From a virus (taxonomy: Duplodnaviria > Heunggongvirae > Uroviricota > Caudoviricetes), in the IMG/VR virus record IMGVR_UViG_2529292835_000026, positions 1 to 36,849 of that record: DNA of 36,849 nt. The stretch is one strand, 5' to 3'. This document shows positions 17,991 through 27,001 of this stretch, piece by piece; positions within the stretch are counted from its first letter, which is position 1; every line of letters begins with the position of its first letter. The notes below the pieces were generated by a model, which had not been told where the DNA came from, searched no databases, and was given only the letters and a program-made list of their open reading frames with translations. The translations under genes and the position numbers were made by a program.

Positions 17991-19049
17991 TTACGCTCCG
18001 GTTTCTGCTGCGGCGGCGCTAAAATCGCCAATCTGGATGTTTTCCACCAGTGCAGCGCAGCGGTAGTCCTCAACCACATAGGCTTCGTTAACGGATTCAA
18101 AGTTTTCAATCCGGTCACGTTTCGGGTTGTCGATAACTGAACGGCGGCGGGTGTCTTCCTGCCAGTAGATGGACAGGTTATCCAGACGGGTGATCAGCAG
18201 TGCATTCGGCGGGAAGAACGGCGCACGCACGGCCTGCAGGCCACCCATGCGTTTCTGACTGATGATCATATCGGCAGCCAGTTTTTCACTGTTTTCCTGC
18301 TCTTTGTTGACCAGCGGGAAATACTTGTCAGACAGCAGTTCACGACCGCAAATCACCACCAGATCGTCATCGTCCTGGTAGACCACGTCGATAAGCTCAT
18401 TGACGGCATCCATCACCACAGCGTCCAGGTTGGCATATTCGCCACCTTTACCGACTTTCACCGCGCCCGGTGTGGTTTCACCGCCCGTGGTGGTGCTGCC
18501 CATGACGTGATCCGGTGCATCCTCACGGATTTTCTGCAGCCAGCCTTTGTTCACATCCTGCAGCAGCGGGTTTTCGCTACGGTTGGAGGTTTTCGCACGC
18601 TTCACGCCGTTAAAGCCGATCATGATGCGGTCCAGTGCCTGACGTTTCACGATGGCGTTACGGATACGCACCTGGAAATCCTGAAACTTCGCCCACAGGT
18701 CCAGCTTCGCGTAGGTCAGCACCGTGTCAAAGTTGGTCTGTTCGCATTTGTATTCCACATCGACCATCAGCGTCGGATCGACAGGTTCTCGCTCTTTCGC
18801 GGTGGTATCAGTGGTTCCGGCAATGGTGCTGCCAACACCCAGCCCCAGCAACTGACCAGACTGCTCAGTCACTGGCGTGACGTTAATCAGCGTCAGGAAA
18901 GAGGCGGACTGCTGGATCTGGTCTTCCAGCGTCTGCTGCACGGACGGCTCTACGGTGAACTTGCTGGACAGTTCTTCAACTGCCACACCGTTCAGACGCG
19001 CCAGCTGCTGCAGGTAAGCGTTAAAAGCAAAGCGGGTATTCTTCTTCAT
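17991..19049 (-). CDS. N: Major capsid protein gpN-like
   Basis: 352-aa ORF downstream of the scaffold gene. Confidence 0.9.
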   Translation of the reverse strand: MKKNTRFAFNAYLQQLARLNGVAVEELSSKFTVEPSVQQTLEDQIQQSASFLTLINVTPVTEQSGQLLGLGVGSTIAGTTDTTAKEREPVDPTLMVDVEYKCEQTNFDTVLTYAKLDLWAKFQDFQVRIRNAIVKRQALDRIMIGFNGVKRAKTSNRSENPLLQDVNKGWLQKIREDAPDHVMGSTTTGGETTPGAVKVGKGGEYANLDAVVMDAVNELIDVVYQDDDDLVVICGRELLSDKYFPLVNKEQENSEKLAADMIISQKRMGGLQAVRAPFFPPNALLITRLDNLSIYWQEDTRRRSVIDNPKRDRIENFESVNEAYVVEDYRCAALVENIQIGDFSAAAAETGA

Positions 19050-19065
19050 CGGGTTTTGTGCTCCG

Positions 19066-19899
19066 TCAGCAATTGGTCAGAATGTCAGCGGGGGCGTTAC
19101 CGCCTGTTGCACGCTGGCGGTAGTCCTGGCGGCTGTCTTCATGACTCAGCTTATTCACCAGTTCGTTAAAGGCGGTCTGCTGTGCCTGCAGGGCAGTCTC
19201 CAGCTCAGACAGGCGTTCTTCCTGCTCAGACAGGGATTTTTCGGTGCGCGCACTCAGGTTCTGCTGCTCAGTGGCGACCAGTTCCACGGCCTTATGCACA
19301 TCAGAGAACCGGGCGTCATCGGACTGCTCTTTTTTGGTGAACAGCGCCGTGACACGGGCAAACAGGGACGGTTTGTCATCCTGGATTTCTTCCAGTTCGA
19401 TCACCGTTTCCTCTGCAGCGGTAAAAAGATTGGCGGGATTCTGCTTGCGGTTTGCCAGCGGGTTATGGGCTGCACTGGCGCTGAATGTCAGCATTTCAGT
19501 GCCCAGACTGGCAGGGGCATCAGTGGCAGCCAGGCCGACCAGGGAGGCTTTGCCCGTATCAGCAAACTTCGGGCTGACTTCCATAGAGGTGAATAATTTC
19601 TGGCCTTTTTTCACCAGTTCCACCAGGGACTCCGTTGGCTCAACGTCGGCATACAGCGCCATCTTGCCTGCCAGCGGGCCTTCCGTGATTTCTTCAGCAA
19701 ACAGCGCCGTCACCTTGCCGTAACGGTTAAAGGTGCTGTCCGGGAGATAAGACTTGATGTGCTCAAGGTTAATCAGCGCGGTATACACCGCCGGGTTGTA
19801 GCTGGCTGCCATCTGTTCCAGCCATTCACGCTGGATTTCGCGTCCGTCGGTGGTGGCACCTTCCACCCCGATGCGAAAACGCTTTGCTTTCACTGTCAT
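19066..19899 (-). CDS. O: Capsid scaffolding protein gpO-like
   Basis: N-terminus ...FRIGVEGATTDGREI...INLEH... matches gpO; divergent from P. Confidence 0.9.
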   Translation of the reverse strand: MTVKAKRFRIGVEGATTDGREIQREWLEQMAASYNPAVYTALINLEHIKSYLPDSTFNRYGKVTALFAEEITEGPLAGKMALYADVEPTESLVELVKKGQKLFTSMEVSPKFADTGKASLVGLAATDAPASLGTEMLTFSASAAHNPLANRKQNPANLFTAAEETVIELEEIQDDKPSLFARVTALFTKKEQSDDARFSDVHKAVELVATEQQNLSARTEKSLSEQEERLSELETALQAQQTAFNELVNKLSHEDSRQDYRQRATGGNAPADILTNC

Positions 19900-19977
19900 G
19901 AGCCGTGCTCCGTTAGAAATAACTTACTGGAGCCTTATGGTTGCGGTGATGGGGGTAGTGAAACAATGCGCGGTATT

Positions 19978-19995
19978 TGTACCGACAACCACACA
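19978..19995. promoter_or_regulatory. Candidate Ogr-binding dyad (TGT-N12-ACA) in the O/P divergent promoter region
   Basis: TGTACCGACAACCACACA, 55 bp upstream of the P start and 87 bp upstream of the O start. Confidence 0.4.
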
Positions 19996-20041
19996 AACCG
20001 CAGGCGGGGAAAGCCTTCATTCAAGGCTGTAGGTTTGTGCC

Positions 20042-21808
20042 ATGAACACCACACTGACCCCCGCAGATCTCGATCCCCGTCGGCAGGCCATGCTGCTGTA
20101 CTTTCAGGGATACCGCGTAGCCCGCATTGCTGAAATGCTGGGCGAGAAAGTTGCAACCGTTCACAGCTGGAAAAAACGCGACAAGTGGGGTGACTATGGG
20201 CCGCTGGATCAGATGCAGCTCACCACCGCCGCACGCTACTGCCAGCTCATTATGAAGGAGCACAAAGAAGGGAAAGATTTCAAAGAGATTGACCTGCTGG
20301 CGCGCCAGTCGGAACGCCACGCGCGGATCGGCAAGTTTAACAATGGCGGTAACGAAGCCGACTTAAACCCTAACGTCGCCAACCGCAACAAAGGCCCACG
20401 CCGTCAGCCGGAAAAGAACGTTTTCACCGATGAACAAATTGAGAAGCTGGAAGAAATTTTCCATTCCTCCATGTTCAACTACCAGCGCCACTGGTGGGAA
20501 GCCGGAAAAACCAACCGCATCCGCAACCTGCTGAAGTCTCGCCAGATCGGCGCGACCTTCTATTTTGCCCGTGAAGCCCTGATTGACGCCCTGCTGACCG
20601 GACGTAACCAGATTTTCCTTTCCGCCAGCAAGGCACAGGCCCACGTCTTTAAGCAGTACATCATCGACTTCGCCAAAGAAGTGGAGGTGGAGCTGAAAGG
20701 CGATCCGATGGTGCTTCCTAACGGGGCCACGCTTTACTTCCTCGGCACCAATGCCCGCACGGCCCAGAGTTATCACGGCAACCTGTATCTGGATGAATAT
20801 TTCTGGATCCCAAAATTCCAGGAGTTGCGCAAAGTGGCTTCCGGTATGGCTATTCACAAGAAATGGCGGCAGACCTATTTTTCCACACCATCCAGTCTGA
20901 CCCACAGTGCTTATCCGTTCTGGTCCGGTGCGCTGTTCAACCGTGGGCGCAACAAAGCTGACAAGGTGGACATCGACCTGTCCCACAGCAATCTGGCCCC
21001 CGGCCTGCTGTGCGCAGACGGGCAATACCGCCAGATAGTCACCGTGGAAGATGCGGTGCGCGGCGGCTGTAACCTGTTCGACCTTGACCAGTTGCGCATG
21101 GAGTACAGCCCGGACGAATACCAGAACCTGCTGATGTGCGAGTTTGTTGACGATCTCGCGTCCGTGTTCCCGCTCAGCGAGCTGCAGGCGTGCATGGTGG
21201 ACAGCTGGGAAGTCTGGACCGACTTTCATGCACTGGCTCTGCGCCCGTTTGGCTGGCGCGAAGTGTGGATCGGTTATGACCCGGCAAAAGGTACGCAGAA
21301 CGGCGACAGCGCCGGGTGCGTGGTGGTGGCACCGCCAGCCGTGCCTGGTGGTAAGTTCCGCATTCTTGAGCGTCACCAGTGGCGCGGGATGGACTTCCGC
21401 GCCCAGGCTGACGCCATCAAAAAACTGACCGAGCAGTACAACGTGACCTACATCGGCATCGACTCGACCGGCGTCGGCCACGGGGTTTACGAGAACGTGA
21501 AAGCGTTTTTTCCAGCCGTCCGGGAGTTTGTCTACAACCCCAACGTTAAAAACGCTCTGGTACTCAAGGCCTACGACATTATCAGCCACCGCCGTCTGGA
21601 GTTTGACGCCGGGCACACCGACATTGCGCAGTCATTCATGGCAATCCGTCGCGCCACCACCGCCAGTGGCAACCGCCCAACCTATGAAGCCAGCCGCAGC
21701 GAAGAAGCCAGCCACGCCGATCTGGCCTGGGCAACAATGCACGCACTGTTTAACGAACCGCTGCAGGGCGAGTCCGCCAATACCAGCAATATTGTGGAGA
21801 TTTTTTGA
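20042..21808 (+). CDS. P: Terminase ATPase (large) subunit gpP-like
   Basis: 588-aa ORF divergent from O, in the P2 gpP position. Confidence 0.9.
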   Translation: MNTTLTPADLDPRRQAMLLYFQGYRVARIAEMLGEKVATVHSWKKRDKWGDYGPLDQMQLTTAARYCQLIMKEHKEGKDFKEIDLLARQSERHARIGKFNNGGNEADLNPNVANRNKGPRRQPEKNVFTDEQIEKLEEIFHSSMFNYQRHWWEAGKTNRIRNLLKSRQIGATFYFAREALIDALLTGRNQIFLSASKAQAHVFKQYIIDFAKEVEVELKGDPMVLPNGATLYFLGTNARTAQSYHGNLYLDEYFWIPKFQELRKVASGMAIHKKWRQTYFSTPSSLTHSAYPFWSGALFNRGRNKADKVDIDLSHSNLAPGLLCADGQYRQIVTVEDAVRGGCNLFDLDQLRMEYSPDEYQNLLMCEFVDDLASVFPLSELQACMVDSWEVWTDFHALALRPFGWREVWIGYDPAKGTQNGDSAGCVVVAPPAVPGGKFRILERHQWRGMDFRAQADAIKKLTEQYNVTYIGIDSTGVGHGVYENVKAFFPAVREFVYNPNVKNALVLKAYDIISHRRLEFDAGHTDIAQSFMAIRRATTASGNRPTYEASRSEEASHADLAWATMHALFNEPLQGESANTSNIVEIF

Positions 21809-22836
21809 TGGGAAAGAGTAAGAAGAACCGCGCTGCGTCGACGAAACAGATTCAGCATAAAAGCCAGACTTCAGCCGAAGCATTCAGCTTCGGTGATCCC
21901 GTTCCTGTTCTGGACCGCCGCGAATTGCTGGACTATGTGGAATGCGTACAGATGGATCGCTGGTATGAGCCGCCCGTCAGCTTTGACGGACTGGCACGAA
22001 CCTTCCGCGCCGCCGTGCATCACAGCTCACCGATTGCGGTGAAATGCAACATTCTGACCAGCACCTACATCCCTCACCCGCTGCTCAGCCAGCAGGCTTT
22101 TTCACGTTTTGTGCAGGACTATCTGGTATTCGGTAACGCCTACCTGGAGAAACGCACGAATCGATTCGGTGAAGTTATCGCCCTTGAGCCTGCGCTGGCA
22201 AAATACACCCGACGCGGATTAGATCTGGATACCTACTGGTTTGTGCAATACGGCATGACTACGCAGCCGTATCAGTTCACGAAAGGCAGCATCTTTCATC
22301 TGATGGAACCGGATATCAACCAGGAGATCTACGGCCTGCCCGGTTATCTTTCTGCCATTCCGTCAGCCCTGCTCAACGAGTCCGCCACGCTGTTCCGCCG
22401 CAAGTATTACATTAACGGCAGTCATGCAGGCTTCATCATGTACATGACCGATGCAGCGCAGAACCAGGAGGATGTGAACAACCTCCGCAATGCGATGAAA
22501 AGCGCCAAAGGTCCAGGCAACTTCCGCAACCTGTTTATGTACTCACCTAACGGCAAAAAGGATGGTCTTCAGATTATCCCGTTGTCAGAAGTCGCGGCGA
22601 AGGATGAATTTCTGAATATCAAAAATGTCAGCCGCGACGACATGATGGCTGCGCACCGCGTGCCGCCGCAAATGATGGGGATTATGCCTAATAATGTTGG
22701 AGGGTTTGGGGATGTAGAGAAAGCTAGTAAGGTTTTTGTTATAAATGAACTGATACCTTTACAAAAACGGTTACAAGAACTAAATTATTGGATAGATGAA
22801 GATATAATCCAATTTGAAGATTATAGTTTAACTTAA
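21808..22836 (+). CDS. Q: Portal protein gpQ-like
   Basis: ATG overlaps the P stop codon (TGATG); the ORF track starts 3 nt earlier at a TTG. Confidence 0.9.
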   Translation: MGKSKKNRAASTKQIQHKSQTSAEAFSFGDPVPVLDRRELLDYVECVQMDRWYEPPVSFDGLARTFRAAVHHSSPIAVKCNILTSTYIPHPLLSQQAFSRFVQDYLVFGNAYLEKRTNRFGEVIALEPALAKYTRRGLDLDTYWFVQYGMTTQPYQFTKGSIFHLMEPDINQEIYGLPGYLSAIPSALLNESATLFRRKYYINGSHAGFIMYMTDAAQNQEDVNNLRNAMKSAKGPGNFRNLFMYSPNGKKDGLQIIPLSEVAAKDEFLNIKNVSRDDMMAAHRVPPQMMGIMPNNVGGFGDVEKASKVFVINELIPLQKRLQELNYWIDEDIIQFEDYSLT

Positions 22837-22849
22837 ATAATGATAACAC

Positions 22850-22868
22850 AGGGCCTAGAATCGGCCCT
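22850..22868. terminator. Hairpin between convergent Q and HNH genes (non-canonical terminator)
   Basis: AGGGCC-TAGAATC-GGCCCT stem-loop; no U-tract on either strand. Confidence 0.3.
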
Positions 22869-22873
22869 AAAAA

Positions 22874-23545
22874 TTAAAAACCAAGCTCATCTCTGATTCT
22901 TGGGAATTTTTTCATTACTCGAATATCAGTTAATAAATGCCAACGCCAAAAAACAGAAAATGGATATGATACATTACACATTGGCTTTAGCTTATTCTTG
23001 GCCTCTTGGATTTCTTGTTCTGTGCTTCGATCACTGACAAGTTTCATTCTCCAACCAGTAAAGTAAAACAATTCATCTTGTAACTTCTCTGAGAGATTTG
23101 CTCTTGTAATGCCCCTCAACCCCGTACTCGAAGAGTTAAAACACTTATCTAATAATTTGACTGTATTTAAAACCTTTCTACTTGGTCTTTTTCTTCTTGG
23201 GTATACTTGAACACCACTCGTTATAGCGTTCCCTGCGAGATGAACAATCTCACTGAAAACATCAACATCACTCTTTGTGCAATCAAGTAAGTTTTCAAAA
23301 GAATCACTTTTAATACTATTGCATCGACTGCAAGCTAAAAATAGATTGTTCCAATCATATTTGAGCTCATCAAGATCACGATGTGGAATAAAATGTTCTA
23401 TCTCTGGATCCATAAGATTACCTTGCTCACAGAGATAACATTTTCCATGAAATATTTCGTCTAAAGCATTTACAACTGTTTTATGGTTATATACTTTTCT
23501 CGACAAGCATTGAGGTGCAGGAATATTTCTAGTAACATTAAACAT
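22874..23545 (-). CDS. HNH endonuclease, Septu PtuB-like
   Basis: HGKCYLCE ... EIEHFIPH ... NNLFLACSRCNSIKS = HNH motif; overlaps the upstream ATPase gene by 8 nt; AT-rich. Confidence 0.75.
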   Translation of the reverse strand: MFNVTRNIPAPQCLSRKVYNHKTVVNALDEIFHGKCYLCEQGNLMDPEIEHFIPHRDLDELKYDWNNLFLACSRCNSIKSDSFENLLDCTKSDVDVFSEIVHLAGNAITSGVQVYPRRKRPSRKVLNTVKLLDKCFNSSSTGLRGITRANLSEKLQDELFYFTGWRMKLVSDRSTEQEIQEAKNKLKPMCNVSYPFSVFWRWHLLTDIRVMKKFPRIRDELGF

Positions 23546-24791
23546 CGTCTTCCCTTTCGCTATAATCTAAATATTTACTCTTAGCGATCATAAAAGCTGC
23601 TTTTGAACTTTTATCAAGAAAATCAATACTCTTCTGTAACGTTTTCATTATAGAATGAAATCTATCGTCGAAGACATTATTTTCTACTAAAGTCATTAAT
23701 TCTTTAACTAATGCATTTAGCTTATCCGAAGATACATCCTCACCCAACAATCCCTTTATAATTGCTGTGTAAGAATACAATGATAAATCACCCATCTGAT
23801 CCAATGTTGAGAGATTAAATATAATCGCATCAGATACTGATTGGATTACGAAAGGTGAATGCGTAGAAACAATAAATTGTATTTGCGGAAAAGATGATGA
23901 AAAAAAACTAAATACTTTCTTTTGCAATGTTACATGAAGATGAGCATCAATTTCATCAATAAGTACTATCCCTGTCATATCATGTTTTCTGATTTTATCA
24001 AGCTCTGCTTTTATCAATAAATCAGTATAAATAGAAAGAATTGATGAAAAACCAGATGACAACTTATCAAGTCCAAATGGTTCCTTATTATTTTGTAAAA
24101 GATAGATTTTCAACTTGTCGAGATCAAAATCCATTCTAATACTTTCATCTTCAAAAAGTTCTTTTAAGTCATCATTAATACTCTCAATAATATCAAAGGC
24201 TCTTTTATAGTCATCATCCTTGCCCACTCCCTTACTGACTAAAGCATAATTCCACAATGTAACTATGTATCTTTCAAAATACATACCAGCATCAATCTTA
24301 GAATTATTTCTCTGTGCGTTCCCATACTCAGTTAACAACAAATCGAGGCTGCTAATCTTACCATCATTTTTTATTTTCGCTTCTCGAATAGCAGGAAATA
24401 ATCTTATAATTGATTTTTTCTTTTTTGCAGCAACCCTGAAATCAACCACATCATTAAAAGTAATATCAAAGCTCTCAAATTCTTTTAATTTTTCTTTCAG
24501 TCTCTCAATTTCTTCGTTTAAATAGCTATAATTACCATCCCCTCTATTTGAATACTTTAAGTTTTCTTGACTGGAATTCAATTCCTTTTGTAGCTGCTCC
24601 TTAGTATAAGGATCATGTGAATTAATCGATTTTTCTATAAACTCATAAATATTCTCGATCAACCTAGTTTTACCAGAGCCATTATCTCCTGATATTATTA
24701 GATTCTTACCATCAAGATTTAATGTGTAAGGCTCATCGTTCCTTTTAAAGAAGATAGTTTCGATGAAATGTCGCATTATTCCTCCCGTCAT
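23538..24791 (-). CDS. ABC/SMC-type ATPase, Septu PtuA-like
   Basis: Walker A GDNGSGKT, ABC signature LSSGFSS, Walker B VLIDEIDAHLH, H-loop STHSP. Alternative start at 24776 (MRHF...) has a GGGAGGA Shine-Dalgarno. Confidence 0.75.
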   Translation of the reverse strand: MTGGIMRHFIETIFFKRNDEPYTLNLDGKNLIISGDNGSGKTRLIENIYEFIEKSINSHDPYTKEQLQKELNSSQENLKYSNRGDGNYSYLNEEIERLKEKLKEFESFDITFNDVVDFRVAAKKKKSIIRLFPAIREAKIKNDGKISSLDLLLTEYGNAQRNNSKIDAGMYFERYIVTLWNYALVSKGVGKDDDYKRAFDIIESINDDLKELFEDESIRMDFDLDKLKIYLLQNNKEPFGLDKLSSGFSSILSIYTDLLIKAELDKIRKHDMTGIVLIDEIDAHLHVTLQKKVFSFFSSSFPQIQFIVSTHSPFVIQSVSDAIIFNLSTLDQMGDLSLYSYTAIIKGLLGEDVSSDKLNALVKELMTLVENNVFDDRFHSIMKTLQKSIDFLDKSSKAAFMIAKSKYLDYSEREDDV

Positions 24792-24866
24792 ACTTAATAG
24801 CTTTTAGATAATATGACATTACATGTTAGATTTCATCCGTTTTGTGAACATATCCACTGCCGCGCG

Positions 24867-24885
24867 CTCGTATCCCCGCCACGCC
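24867..24885. other. Candidate cohesive-end (cos) site
   Basis: Minus strand reads GGCGTGGCGGGGATACGAG; the first 13 nt equal the start of the 186-type cos sequence as I recall it (GGCGTGGCGGGGAAAGCAT). Position between the Tum-like module and Q fits P2/186 genome order. Confidence 0.4.
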
Positions 24886-25083
24886 TGCCCGCTTTATGTA
24901 GTGGTTTTCATGCGCCTGCATGACATAAGCAAAAGCCCGCCACTCCTGGCAGGCCTCAGCAAAAACGATCCTCTAACGATCATGCGATCTCATTCGTCAT
25001 AGTCATGCACAGCCAAGGGAAGCGTAAATCCGTATCTGAATGACCGCTGAAAAGCTAATCATACGGGTTTACAAAGATGAAAG

Positions 25084-25123
25084 TCCGCTGTGAGCGAAAA
25101 GCGGATATTTCCATTGTTTTATC
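25084..25123. terminator. Hairpin with T-rich tail in the cos/divergent-promoter region
   Basis: TCCGCT-GTGAGCGAAA-AGCGGA followed by TATTTCCATTGTTTTATC. Confidence 0.3.
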
Positions 25124-25228
25124 TTGATCTAGTAAAAACAATACCCTCTTTACAAACAAAAATAATGAGTTACTATTTGCAGCACCTTTTAACCCAAAGG
25201 TTTATAATTAAAAAGGAATGGCATACCG

Positions 25229-25882
25229 ATGAATAAATACAAACTTTTCGCACAGCTATCAAGATATTCATTTGAAGCGCAGATTGATGATTTCGAAAAA
25301 TATATCCTAGGAGCAGGCGGCCAAAACAGAGTTGACTTATCGGAATTAAAAAAAGCATATGAAGATGAAAAAAAGAATGCTCCTGACGATTATATTAATT
25401 ACTTAGAAGACTATTATTCAGAGCAATATGATTTCTTAGTTAACATACAACCAAATATTTTTAATAAATCTGCTTTGGTATCTTTATACTCATGCTTAGA
25501 GCACAACCTAAACGACTATTGCAATATATGTCAAAGGATTGTAAACACCAATATATCAGTAACCGATTTTAATGGTGATGGCATCCACAAAGCAAAAAGA
25601 TATTTAACAAAATTAATGGATATAAACTTTGGCCTGTCACAAGAGTGGCGATTCATGACAGAGTTTAACAAAGTAAGGAATTGCATAGTTCATGCTAATG
25701 GAGACATTAAAAAAATGAGCACAGCTGTAGCCTTAAAAGATATCATTGATAAAACACCTACTCTTTCATTAAACAATGAAAATAATATAATAATCTCCTT
25801 AAATTATTTAAAAGATACTATCACAAAAATTAGAAAACTCTTTCAATGGTTATATACACATCTGGATCAATCATCGAAATGA
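25229..25882 (+). CDS. Uncharacterised 217-aa protein with HEPN-like R-x4-H motif (candidate defence/abortive-infection RNase)
   Basis: AAGGAA upstream of ATG; very AT-rich; motif EFNKVRNCIVHANGD fits the HEPN R-x4-6-H signature; no other recognisable domain. Confidence 0.5.
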   Translation: MNKYKLFAQLSRYSFEAQIDDFEKYILGAGGQNRVDLSELKKAYEDEKKNAPDDYINYLEDYYSEQYDFLVNIQPNIFNKSALVSLYSCLEHNLNDYCNICQRIVNTNISVTDFNGDGIHKAKRYLTKLMDINFGLSQEWRFMTEFNKVRNCIVHANGDIKKMSTAVALKDIIDKTPTLSLNNENNIIISLNYLKDTITKIRKLFQWLYTHLDQSSK

Positions 25883-25982
25883 ATACGATAACATCTCAGT
25901 TTGTTATTGGTCTATTTTTGAAAACAGCTATCGATGATATTAGTCTGTTCTTCGTCAATTAATATGCAATCCGTTCATGACA

Positions 25983-26004
25983 CAGGGCTGCTGTTACAGC
26001 CCTG
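25983..26004. other. Perfect 8-bp-stem hairpin between convergent cargo genes
   Basis: CAGGGCTG-CTGTTA-CAGCCCTG; no U-tract; sits in a short GC-normal patch between two AT-rich genes. Confidence 0.3.
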
Positions 26005-26134
26005 ACAACCTTAGACTTCAATCGATTCAGAGATCTCTAACGCATCATCACCCGTTGAACTCACAGCGATAAGTAGACGCTGGCGGCAATAACACAGAAG
26101 TGTAGCGGGAATTTGAACCACATAATTTGGTTTG

Positions 26135-27001
26135 TTAGATGGCTTTGCTTCGATATTCAATTTCTAAAATCGCCTTTGTCATTGCCGCAATAGTTATAGC
26201 TTCTACCATAGTCAATTCAGGCTTGTTCAAGCTTCCGTGTCCAGCAGTAGGTAATTTGTTACGTAAATCATAAATATCTTTAACAGCATCAATAAGATTC
26301 TTAGGTAATTTTGACATTTTTTCGAACTGTTTAAAAAAACCACCCAATGACTCATTTGCCACATTCGGGTTTTGAGTGATTTCCTTAGCCATAGTTTCTA
26401 AAACATTAGAGGCTGCGTGCAGTGCACCTGCCGGATCATTATTATCCAAGCAATTATTCATTCTATCTATTTGCTGAACGATATTTGGGTGCAATCTCTT
26501 TAAGTAATCACTAGCCAATTCTTCATTGAAATTTTTGACACTTTCAAAAACATCGCAATCTAAATAAAATTTAGGATTGACTGACATCCATGTATATTTC
26601 CAATCATTTTCTAAATTATCTTTTTCCGCAATCCGCCTGCCAGTGTCCTGATCTATCTCATCAACATATTTACACATATAATCGGCGTAGTAGTGTAAAT
26701 ATCTAAATGATATTTCTGGGCAAAAATTACTAACTGATGCAAGGCCGCCATATTCTTTTGTAGTAACTGTAGGGACTTCTTCATCACATAAAGATGAGAA
26801 AGTGGTTCTTTCCCAAAATTCGCCCAACTCTTTTTCTTTCCTAGTTGCCATACCAGCTATCATATTGATGCTTGAGAGCAAAACTACACTCTGATAGTAT
26901 CGAGGACATCTGTATGAACTAGCATATGGGCATATTGATGATGCTTTACGATTAATACGCTCTTTTTCCCACCAATTTTTATCAGGAATAATTCTTTGCA
27001 T
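26135..27001 (-). CDS. Uncharacterised 288-aa protein, candidate defence cargo
   Basis: Long AT-rich ORF convergent with the 217-aa gene; Cys-rich N-terminus (CPYASSYRCPRYY); no family recognised by eye; no clear Shine-Dalgarno at the first ATG. Confidence 0.5.
   Translation of the reverse strand: MQRIIPDKNWWEKERINRKASSICPYASSYRCPRYYQSVVLLSSINMIAGMATRKEKELGEFWERTTFSSLCDEEVPTVTTKEYGGLASVSNFCPEISFRYLHYYADYMCKYVDEIDQDTGRRIAEKDNLENDWKYTWMSVNPKFYLDCDVFESVKNFNEELASDYLKRLHPNIVQQIDRMNNCLDNNDPAGALHAASNVLETMAKEITQNPNVANESLGGFFKQFEKMSKLPKNLIDAVKDIYDLRNKLPTAGHGSLNKPELTMVEAITIAAMTKAILEIEYRSKAI

Noticed and set aside
20036-20053. Additional TGT-N12-ACA match overlapping the P start codon
   Set aside because: Wrong spacing for either the O or P promoter and overlaps coding sequence; consistent with a chance occurrence of this low-information pattern.
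20363-21616. 417-aa minus-strand ORF antisense to terminase gene P
   Set aside because: Fully nested antisense frame of a conserved gene; composition typical of shadow ORFs.
22874-25228. Possibility that the ATPase + HNH pair is a retron effector module
   Set aside because: No reverse-transcriptase ORF (no YxDD-containing protein) and no obvious msr/msd-like repeat-flanked structure nearby; the divergent 217-aa neighbour is not an RT.
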